DNA from: Giardia intestinalis
Taxonomy: Eukaryota
Length of the DNA: 64,000 nucleotides
Strand: one strand, 5' to 3'
Assembly: GCA_000002435.2 (NCBI GenBank)
Contig: CM018793.1
The translations under genes were made by a program, and so were the position numbers. The notes beneath the pieces are model-generated. The model was not told where the DNA came from, searched no databases, and saw nothing but the letters and a program-made list of their open reading frames with translations. Below, one piece after another: positions 16,685 through 28,600 of this stretch (position 1 is its first letter; each line of letters opens with the position of its first letter).

Positions 16685-19600
16685 TCAACCACCAGATCGC
16701 TTCCTGCCTGTGTATCTCCGCATCCCAATTCCGCTTCCGGGTCTAGCTATCCCGCCAATCGTTATCCATGTGCTTCCGTCCTCGGGTTTGAATCTCCGCT
16801 GTCCGAGAGCCTCTATGTGCGCTAGCTCGCTTTCCGTGAGGTTCTCATTCAGGCTCTGCTCAATACTATTGGTGTTGCTAATGAGATTCTTGACATGGCT
16901 CTGTGACAAATATCTGGATTGAGAAGTCGTACCTGATGTAGCCATCGCTCCTCTTTTCCAAGGGTTTTTACTACCGACGTCTTTTTTATGATCAGCTTCA
17001 AATGAGCTGGAAGGGCGAAGAAGGGTATTTGGAGTGTGATCCACACTACAGATAGATTGTTCTGCAGAGCTATTGACAGAACCCCTGGAAATGAGTTTGA
17101 TTTGTCTTTGTGCACCGGCAAGCACTTCAGGCAAAATGGGTTTCTGAACAGGGACGCCAGTAAGGATCATGGAAACCCCGTCTCTATTAGTAGACTTCTG
17201 GTACTCGCACTCAGCTACGCTCATAGACCCTGGCTTTTTAACGCTCTTCTTAGTGTTCGGTAGACGATTCCTGTCAAGGGAAGATTGGCATCTATGAACA
17301 GGCACCTCCTTGGCGTTATTTGTGTCGGTGTATCTTGCAAATAATTTATTAAGGCCTTCTGTGTCATCGTTGGAACTGAGACTTGTCTGGAGTGACGAAT
17401 TTAGTGAAAAGTAATTAGGTGTCATGTCTGCCACCATGCCTGCCTCTAAGGTCTTCTCCACGTGTCGAGGAAGCCGCACCCCGGCGCTTTTGATGGAGCT
17501 GAGCCTAGAACTCTGACTTGCAGTTCTCCTTTCTGTGGTGGAAATGTTTGAAAGATCCCTTGATATGGGAGTGTTGTCTGGTATGCACGACTGCTTTCGC
17601 TCTTTCCTTTTATGAATAGCGTCTATCTGCTCTGCAGCCTGATGGCCAGTAGGAAGTGGCCTTAGAGTAGGAGAGTCGTCATGTGAAGATGTGCCATCTG
17701 ATGACAAAGATGCATTCTTCGGTGCAATATTTTCTGTTGTGACAAGCTTCTGCAGAATACGACCTAGATCCTTATCTTGGCGGGGTGTCTTCATTCCTCG
17801 TGATCGCAAGCTGTCTATTGTGAGCCGGGCAGCCTTTTGCTTAACGTTCAATGACATGTTCAGCTGTACGATATTTAGCGAACCTTTCGTTCCTGAAGGT
17901 GGCTTGAGGTGACTTCCTGACATTGGTCTAGAGGAGGAACTTGTTATTTGGGCAGCACTTGGAGCGTGGGAATCGTCGCTAATGGTGACTCGGCGACCTT
18001 TCTTATTGAGCGTGCTAGAGGGCTCATGAATGGAAGATTGTTCCTCAGACAGATCATCTAGCTTTTCCTGAACATCAGGTACCTCGCACATTGAAAAGAA
18101 TGATTCGGATTGGGATATAAACTCCACAATGCTACCGTCAAATTCATCTAGGTCTCCCCTCTGTAATCTGTCCAGTCGCTGCTTAATGTCTCGAGACAGC
18201 ATGTCCAAATTGTTCATTTTAAGCGCGAGGGCTACCGTTTTGGTGGGAGAGAAAGCCAGAGGGCTCGGTGTACCATCTTTCACCATTGTTAGTTTTATAT
18301 CGCTAACAGGTAACGCTGTGTGTGGTCGAGACAGCTCCTTCGCCATTGATACAGCAGCGTTCTTAGCAAGGCTAGACCTGCTATCTGCCAAGTCAGCGTT
18401 ACTCTCTCGAGCCTCCAGGTTTTCGCGTGTCTTCCTTATCTCCTTTGCTTCCATCTCATCGGAATTAACTCCATACATATAATCATACGCTCCAACTTTC
18501 GACTTTCCACTGGTCAACGCTTCCATTGAGATTCGCTTAAATAAAGTGTCTGAACTTTTCATGATGAGCGGCAACTGAGAGAACACGGAATCGAGATCAT
18601 CCAGGACCATGTACTGAATGCTAGTAAGCATGTTATTCTTGTGCTGTGCTTCAAATAGTCGTGTAGAGAACTCAATCATTACAAGACGACTAAGAAACAA
18701 GTGCCTCATGCGATGCTGCATATCTAGCTCCCTTTCGCTCACGATGGTAGATGCAAATCTTTGTGAGCCAGAGCTATGCGATGTTCCTGTTGTAGGCCTT
18801 GTAGAGCGGTAGGACAGCAATAGTGTTTTATCACTCTTCTCGGATGCTTCGCTTTCTTTGGCTCTTTCTCTCGCCGTAATTGGCATTTCGCCGGTTCCAA
18901 ACGGTGCTGTATTTAGTGACGGCTCTAGACTGTATTTCTCAAAGGGTTCTTCATTAGCAATAGGGAAGTATCGCTGGAGAGCCTCCTTGAATGCTGCACC
19001 CTTGCGATAGCTAATGAGCAACAGGCCGCTTATATTATATATGGGCCCATGGAGACGCCAGTTCCGCATGACTTCCATCATGAGATAGCGTATACGCTCT
19101 AATTCAGCCTTATGCTCAACTTCCTTTTGATGTCTTCTAATTTGATACTCTCTAAATACAGCCGGATGCTTGGTGTAGTACTCACTATTCAACGTTAGAG
19201 CCTTTTCAATCAAAAGATCCAAATCGTAGTCATGCTGTTGTAACAAATTTTCAAATCGCTCGGAATAAAGCCTAACAGCTTGAATGTTCAGGACATGGTG
19301 CATGTTAAAGACGAGCCTGTTCCATAGGTCATAGCATGATGCCGTGTCATTACTGTATGCTCTAGTGTTCTCCATCAGCTGCGAAATCTGTGCATTTCTA
19401 ACTTCCAAACTCTTTACAGCTCTTTGACTCTGTAGCACCGCAGACACATCCATAACATGCTTATTTAGAGTTTTGGTGTGTAGAAGAAAAGATCTATAGT
19501 CTATATAGTCCACAGGAAGCATTATAAACTGTCTCAAGTGTGTTGCGCTGTATATGCCGATAGGGTTGCATTCCGCTTTTCTATTAACTAGGGAATATGT

Positions 19601-22600
19601 GTCTAACACACTTTCAGATCCATACAATACATGTGCAAAGCCAGACGTAGCTGTACACGGTGGAAGGTCACTTAGCGGCGTTGTTTGCTTAGTTATGATC
19701 GGCACAAACTCCTTTTCTACCATTGTCTTAAAATAAACAGCGGCCTCCCTGTGCCTAAAAATATGTGAAAGAGAGCACGCAAAGCTCTCCGATGCTTGTA
19801 AAATAATGATCTCCATAAGATAGGTGGGTAACTGTCTGCTGTGACAAAGTGATTGTGAGCGAGCAAATGTATTTATCCACGTTTTTATACCAGATAGTTG
19901 GTTCTCAGGACGAGCTGAAGCCGCTCTTCTGTGATTGATTTGGCCGGGTCTAGAATTTTCCGTGGTCGGAGTGATTGAGGTGTGACCTGCTAAAGCGTGA
20001 GTGCCTCTGGTTATTACTATTTCTTTTGTCAGCTCTCGTGCACCACAGCTTTGGCCCCCTCTGGATGGTGTGCTGACGAGTCTTTCTCTACCAAATGACT
20101 GGGATAGCATCCGCTGAATATCCACAGTAAATACATGAGTAGTCAGACGCATAGAACTGAGGCCAATATCTTCTCCTATCTCCCTGTTTTCTGAAAGGCA
20201 ACCCTTTCCAATACTTGACTCCAGCAAGCTTTTGTATGTACTCTTCTCTGAATAGGAAGCCAAAGTGATGGCTGGTCGACTCTCTAGTACGTTTCGCTGA
20301 TCACAAATATGACTGACCTCTGTATCTGCGAGCGCAGCTTTATTCACGGGTTTCTGCGTCTCAGATATACTCCCCCCTGTTTTCCTTGGTGCTATGCGCC
20401 TGCCGAAGATATCGTACATATTCATGATTCTATTCCGTTTGCGACGACCAACTCTGCTCAAATCTGGAAGCGTGTCCGGACAGATTTCATATAATTGTTC
20501 TTCTTGTGCTCGCAGTCTGTTATATTTATATCTATCATATCTGCAAGTTAAGAGGCCTTTCAGAAAGATTTCTGGATCGTCGCTAGTATCTTCCTTAGTA
20601 CTTAGCGTAAAGAGCATAATATTCTTAGTCCTCTCTGCAATCGTCACGTATGCAGATGTCGCTGATGTCAAGACGTTTGCTGCATCGGAGTACGCCAGAT
20701 CCCATGACTTGGCTAGCCCCCAGTACTGGGCATTAAGAGTATTGAGAAAGGACGCCTCAATTGGTCCACTGAGACAATCAACAGATAAGAACCGAAGTCC
20801 ACTAGGAAATATAGCACTCGCAAGTCGTGCGGAAGAAAACGTTAGACTATGCAAATGGTCTATGTACCTTTGCTTGTCATATAGCTTTGAAGAGAGCTCA
20901 TGAATGGAAGACTCTGAGAAATCTACCCCCTTGTCGTGCTCCATTGCACGTTTGTCTTCCCTAGAATTGTAGATTTCACCTCTGGGTGCAACTGTGTGCA
21001 TAGCAAAGGTTCCCGACGAGATCTGAAAGTCTTTAGTTTGAGTGCCCCCAGAAGCTGATTGATGCAACAAAATTGAAGTTGAAAGGTTTTTCTTCTGTGG
21101 TAACAGATATTCTGGCCGGGGAGTAGAAACATATACATCCCTTCCTATCGCGTCGACGATCAGCTTTTTGTTGAAGCAAGACTCAATGTTTCGTACTACT
21201 TTTGAGGCTAGGATAAGGGATGTTTCAAATGCGAGACAACAATTCTCTGCGGTGCTTGTATGATTGTGCATGTAGACGCCACTGAAGACAAGTTCTTCGT
21301 CGGAAATAGACGTATCTAGAAAGTCCTTTAGACTTTTCATCCTTGGCTGTAAGAGATTGGATGTAGTTGGAACGGCAGAAGTTATAGGGCTGTACTGACG
21401 TATATTATATGCTCCAAGAGTGTAATAGCTTACGTCTGGATAGAACCTTACATAGTTGTTCTGTAAGACATTCTCTGTCGATTTTGATATCTTCGAACAT
21501 TGGAGTCTACTTCTAATTCTCCGGTGCACGATGCTTCGCGTCTCTGCAGACGGAATAACCGCTCCGTGAGAGTCATTCCACCGCCTTCCGAACAAGGTCA
21601 TGCTGGGAACAGGTCTGTGGACACAACAATTCTTGCTTAGGCTATACTTCCAGTGGCTAATACTGTAGTATATATTGCAGTCATCATACAGTGTGTCCTT
21701 AGTAAGAGAGTGAGACGAGTATCGCTCCAACTTACGCAGCTCTTCAAACGAACGTGCCCTTCGTGCTTTACTTTCTGACTGTTTGGGCTTGACGTGCCTA
21801 TTACTGATAATGCTATGTTGATCCTGGGTGGAACGTAGAGCTGTATCAAACGACTTCCCGGACGTAATAGTAAACGAATGGTGTAAATCGCTATGGTATG
21901 ACGGGCTTGATGAACGACTGGCCTGAAAGCTCATGGATTGGCTACGACTAGCATTGTGGCGCGAAGTAGGTCTTTGATGAATGGATTGGCGATCAATACA
22001 CGACCTCTGAGCGGATTTAGATCTTGGAGGTATTAGTAATACATTTTCTGTACTACGCAAAAGATTTTGGGTGTTCGTTATCTCACGATCATAATCTGCA
22101 ACGGAAACATCGACAAGCGGATGGTCTGTGTATAAAATCAGGCGTCTTCTTCCTTCTGGATACACCATGTCTGCAGTCGTTGTTATAGAGGCACGGTTGG
22201 ATACCGCAATAGCAGCGTGCATCGGTGTGCATCTCCTGTTAATAACATCTAGTGCATTCGTGGAATTGGAGAGTTTTGAGAAGACCCCGTGCAAAAAGCC
22301 CATAAAGCGTAGGCTGTCAAGCCGTTGTCTCAGGATAAACTCTGGATTCAGGCATGTATCTATATGGGCCTCCGAGGTCAGCTGAGGCATATTATAATAG
22401 AAGTACCTTTTGTGCTTTTTCAACCCTGATGCTTGCATCTCTACTTCCGTATATGTACCGAATGCCAGTATACCGTGGTATTCTGCGTGTAAAATCTTCT
22501 GCGTCAATGGGTATAAATAAGTGCTCAGTGAGGTCAGGTATTCAGACAGGACAATTAGTTGCTGGGATCTGAAGGCTGCTGCATCTCTTTTAAACGAGTC

Positions 22601-25600
22601 TGTCTTTGCAGTAATGTATCTTTGATATATCTGGGTCAGTTGAACACCAAACGGTTCCTGCGGCTTGGTCTTCTTATTGGAGAGGACAGGGCATGATTGC
22701 ATAATTAATTCCCTAGTATCATGCAAACTTGTGGATGGAGATTGTGAAGGTACGTGTGAGATGGTCACAGATCCATTGCATATAGAGGAAAATGGTAGCA
22801 TAGGTGTGCTAAACGAACGCAGTTGTCCTGAAGTTAGGTCTAAGTCAGATAGTTCAATATTGCCGGGTGTTACACGATCGATATGTGGACCTGAGAAAAA
22901 CACATCCGCGGAAAGGGAAGGGTCAGTTTGAGTATGGTCATGTGACTGGAAATCCAAGAAGCACGTCTGCACTGCACAGCTATAGCCGTCACTCGTCCGA
23001 CGAAGAAAGTCACAACAGGAGCGAGACCTCCCAGGACGGGTGCTAAAGCCTTCTGTTGGTGTCAGGGTACCATAGCGATAACTTCTGTGAGATGGCTTCT
23101 TAGAGGAGGCACGGGGAGAGCGCATCTGCGTGATGACTGCTCCAACAAAAGTGTCGCTGTCATCTGACCATCGAGCTGGAGACGATGACCTAGAGTAGGA
23201 GAAGCTATTACTTTTTGAGGTCCGCCTAGTTGACGACGCTGATGACACGCTAGATGTGGGAGAAATGTGCGAGGAAGTGCGTGCTTTTCCAGCAGTAGCC
23301 GGGAGTGGAGTGTCTGCTTTGCTAGGTACTTTAAGCCCTAAGGCTGATAAAACGATGTCTGGACGCCTCAAATTATACGGTGATCGGTGTGACATAGAGA
23401 GAAGAAGGTCTCTGTCTCGAGAGCGGAGATTGATGAGCTCAGATGGATGGTGCAGACCTTTGACATGCTCCTGGATAGAAGAAAAGCACTCTGGGCGGGG
23501 GCTAGATGCCGCTGGACGTAGAGCTCCAGAGGATGGACGTGGGGGAAGGCCACTGTGGATGCTATCTTGGGCGAGGCCAGAGACAGCCGGAATAGAGGTC
23601 CCGTGTCCTCTACTCTTTTCGCTGACAGATCCGTTAAGGGAATCATGGGATTGAGAAGTAAGGATATCACTGGGAAAAGACACAGCAGATGAACTTCTAG
23701 AACGTATCAGGTTTTGATTTTCTTTGAGTTCTAAGGTATTGGCATCTTCTGCATCTGCAAGACCGACTTCAGGAGCGCTATCAAATGGAGTAATCGATTT
23801 TCTATCTACTAAAGAAGCATCTTTAGATTTAGAAGTCTGGGGCATTGAAGTCTGTTGGCTACTTCGTAACGTACTTGGTTCCTTATTAGACAATGGATGT
23901 ATCCGACAGGTAGAATCGTTGAGCTCCAATAGCTGTGTCTTTGCCACCATATCTGGCCTTGCTGGTACTACATGATCCCCAATAGTTCTTTTGGTGTTAT
24001 CGTGATTTTGCGTTGTCTGTGGTTTTAAGCTAGTGATGCTGTCTGCTAGCTCTGGCAGAAGATGAAAATCATTATGTTGCTGAGTAGGTAAGGTTGCTAG
24101 AGCTTTGGATGATCCAAAAGATGAAGTTAGAGATGGGTCAATTGGTTGTAACGATTTCACCCTTGCCGAAGTTGACAAGCTCATTGTGGAATTTGAAGCG
24201 TAGCTATACCTATCTTGTAACTCCTTTCCACTAGCGTTACGCCCTTGTATCAAAGAACTGTGCAGGTTGGATGGAAACGCAAGATTGACACGTAGCGCAT
24301 TCAGGTCAGCTCCGTCTTGCCTTGTATGTGCCGTGACTGTTTGGGAACCAGTTAAATTGTTCCTACGTAACCTGTTTCCCTTATTTGGTTGTCGCCTTAT
24401 AAGATTCTTTTCAGTCAAGTTTTCTGTAGAAGTTCCAATAAAGATGGATGGCACAATCAATTCTGGAATTTCCAGTGATTGATTGTCCTGAATCGTTTTC
24501 TTAGCTGCGAGGGTACGCCTTCTCATGGTGTGAAACTTCATGGGTGAAAGGACAACGGAATGCAGGAGGACTGAAGGCTTGTCACTATACCTTGTGACGT
24601 TCATGTTGATCAAATCTAACGTACTGACCTCTAACGGTTGGTCAGTGTCCCGGAGCTGCTCGCATATGCTCTTTCCAGTAGACCCCATTAGAGACACCCT
24701 GCTATCATAAACAACCCCTTCTGTAGAGCGTTGCATGGTTTGTAAGCTGATTGCTTGCTCCTGAACCTCTTCAAAGCGCTTCTGTGTTTGCATTAAATCC
24801 TGGATGCGTATTGCATGCTGCTCCATAAGCCCTCGTTTCTCATGCAGGAAAGAAAATAGCTGCTCTTTGAAGATGGAATCATTCTTAACAACTTGCGGCA
24901 GAAGAGGCTCCAGTGCTCTAATGTTATCGGGCTGAGATGCTGAATCAACCATACGTAACAGCAAACGGACTAAATCTTTACGCTTAACCTGGATTGCAGT
25001 GTTGGTGGTTTGGGAGTCAAACGTGTGCTGTGCTGGAAGTATGTCATAATCGGCTAATATAGTCTGAATCAGGGAAGCGTCTTCAAGAAGAGGATGTCTT
25101 AGCTTCGCTTTGGTCTTCTGGCCGCGAAGACCACTCACTTGTTTAGCAGTAGTAACTGGTGGTGCACTGTTCTGGTCAGTCTGAAATTCATACCGTGGTA
25201 GTAGTTCATTAAGAGACTCAACTGATTCCCTCGGAAGAAGGTGCTGGAACGAAGTACTCCTCCGTTTTTCTAAGCTCTCTTTCATCTGTTGTGAGTCTAA
25301 ACTGGGGTGTTGACCGCCGCCGTCACCCTGCCAAAAATGCTCTCCGCTGCTCGTTTCTTCATTATCTGCACATCCATATATGTCTGAATCTGCCCGGTAT
25401 ATTTTGGTCAGCCTGTCGGCATTCAAAGAGCGAATCTCTCCGTTAGCACCAACACCGACATCGAGATATGAAAAGACTTGTAATACATCCTTGAGGGAAT
25501 ACGGCGCAAAGCGGGTACGTGCTTGGGCGAGACTACGCATATACCTAGCGCTTTGAACTCCATCCCTTGCTACACGAGGTTGCATGAATTGGGCCTTGTC

Positions 25601-28600
25601 AACTGGTTTGATGTTCTCATTACTACTCCTTGTTTCTGTGTCATGGAGGTATCTGTAGCTAGGCGCTAATGCAGCAGACGAAACGTTTGCTGCGCCTATT
25701 TTCCATGTTAGTCTCTGAGGCTCCTTAAATTTCTTTTCTTTGACTGGCGAAATCTGATGACCCACGGATTGATTGGATAGAATGCCGTTGTTATTTAAAC
25801 TGACACTTATCTTTTCTGGAGAAAGACCCCTTCCCATTGCTGGCTCGCTGGATACATGTAGCATGTTAGGAAAAGCCCTATTTATCTCTGTAACAGCGGC
25901 GTTCCACATTTCGTCGCGGGCTTCGATCGCTTCTTTTTCGGTGGTCTGACGATACGCCGCCTGCCTCATTATAGTGAGCTTATACACTATGTTTCCAAGG
26001 GCTGATGACAGCTTCGCAAGAGAAGATAGGGGAAGCCCTCTGTCTAATAACACACCTTGGTGCATGGGAGTGCCAGCGCTGGGTCTGCGGTCTAAGGAAT
26101 TAGCCCCCCGATCCTCCAGGGCAGTTGGCGAAAAAGGCTTACTTTGAGCGTTATTACGCCGCACTTGTTGAATTAGTGCACCAGTTATACTCTCAGTATA
26201 ACGGGTAAGGAAGCGCTTCTCTTTCTCTCCATACATATGCACAGAAAGGGCGTCCAGAACGTGGGTTAATTGCTGGTTTAAATCAATGAGTGTAGGGCCG
26301 CTCCTTACATCACTCGTGTCAGGTCGGGACAATGGATAGAATTCAATCGCAGACAAGACGCTTGCATCATTAGGTACGCTAGTTAGTTTTCTAGAGGTTT
26401 CACTGGCAGACCACCTAGGCCTATGGATGACATCCGCTCTTTCCGATTGAGTTGTAGATATGAATGACCCGTCATCGGTGAGGAGGTTAGATCCGTGTCT
26501 TTCTCCTTCAAAAGGAGCCTGGGGAGCAAATAGAGGCGTTAGAACACTGCCAGCATCAGTGCATCTGGGCCCTTGTACAGATAACGGACGAGAAACCTTA
26601 TAAACTAAGCTTCCAACAGGCTCTACTGAATCGGTAAGATCCCTCTGTTGTAGCATGTTGAAATGGTGCTTGTGTGCATACTCAATGCGTGTTCTCATAT
26701 CATAGTACTTCGGAATGCCAGTGAAGACGGTTACACGAACTGTGTTCCTTGTCTGTGCTCTAGATTTTAGCCATGCATGATGGGTTTCACGTGGTAACAA
26801 CGTCTCCATAGAACTTATGCGCCGAGTAAAGCGGGAAGAAGGGAGAGAGGATGGCCGCATAGGCTTCTGGTGAACAGCCCGTGGCAGTGGTTGTAGAGCA
26901 GAGCTGGTGGATGCAGATAGTGCCTTATGCTCCTCCATTTGATCAGAGGATGCAATGGGATACAAAATATCGGGAGGGCGCAGTTTCGGCCTAAGAGTTT
27001 GTGGATCAGACTTGGATGCTTTCAATGTTTCCTTCCGAAAGTGACTACTAAATAACTGTGAGCTCTTTGGGGATGATCTAAAAATACGATGCTCATTATG
27101 AACCATGGCCGTGGATGAGTTGCTACGCTCGTTGTTATCGTCTGCAGAGGTAGATGAATCCATGCTACCATCGCGACTATTCGTTGGCCGTGATTCTCTA
27201 CGAAAGTCAGCCAAAATATTAGGTTGTGTAGTGCCTGACAGAGGAGCATTGCTCAGACCCCCTTGCTGAGCTGTACAAGCGCTAGTGTGCTTTTCTTCTA
27301 AGTGAGAAGTGTTACTTTCAGAGTATGCTACAACAGATATATCAGCGGGCAGACCTTCGGAAGGGCCTGCAAGTGTAGGAAAAGAGGCCTCCCTAGCAAC
27401 CGGGCTAGAGCCGCTCTTAGAAGGGTATATGAAATCTTTCGATTTGGAAGACGATACGTTAGATGTTCTTACTAGTGAAAGCGAGTGAGGAGCACTTGAC
27501 GGGGGTGCAGTCATAGTAGTCATGGCTCCAGTCGATAACGATAAGCTCTTTCTTAGTGAAGTAATGCCTGGTGTGGAAGAAGAAGTTTGCAGCGAATATA
27601 CTTGTAGGCTACTCAGCTCTTTTGCTGGCTGCAATGGGCAGCTAACCAGATCTTCCCTTTCCTGTCTCCGCAGTTCTGATGCCCCTAAAGAGGGCTCTTT
27701 ATCTGATTTATGGGCTTTGGGAATCCATCGAGTGGACATTGCGCTAGTCATGTTTCTTCCTGGATGCTTAAAATACATATCTGGCTTTAAGTCTGTGAGT
27801 TTGTGCGGCAAAATATTGTGGGAATCTAAGTAGCCTCTCCACTGTGATACGCCTTCTATTGTGCTCGGCTTTATCTGGTTGATATCTATCGCAGGAACAC
27901 CCAGCTGTTGATAGTAGAACCTAGCGTCGTCAAGGGTCTCTATTAAAATAGCGCGTTCGCTGTCTGTAAAAAGACCTGTCCGCGCCAAGAAGCTAAACAC
28001 ATTTTGCCTTCTATGAATATGCAGGAGCATCTTAATCTTATCATCTGTTTCATCTCGCCGGGGAAGCTTTAGAATATGAACCATTGCAGACGCCATAGAA
28101 GCATACTTTCTATTGCGTGACAGCAGCTTGGATATAGAATATAACTCTGACACACGCTCAACACGAGGCCAAGCTCTTTGATCAGACTCTAGAGAATCGT
28201 TCATTTGAGGAGTGCGATTACATGGTAAAGCAGCTGGTATGCTTGTGCTGTTTCCTTGAGAATGAGATTTGTGAGGCTTCAAAACTGGCAACTCAGAGCA
28301 CGACTCTTCAGTATGCTTATGCGTGCTGAGAATAAACGATACAATGCTATCAATCTTTCTCTCCTCGAGGTTAGTAGCATCTGAGGACGATGGAGGGGCT
28401 ACAATCTGCGGAGAATGCTGGTTAAGTGCACATCGATCAACACGATCAGCTGCTTCAGGGAGTGACATGGCACAACTGATTACATTAGAGATAGATTGTT
28501 CAATATTTTTAGTTGCAGCATAACCAGATAGTTGTGGCTCTGGATCATTTAGTAGATGATTGTTTTTTTCATGGCCAACACTACTAGTGGGAGATTGTCC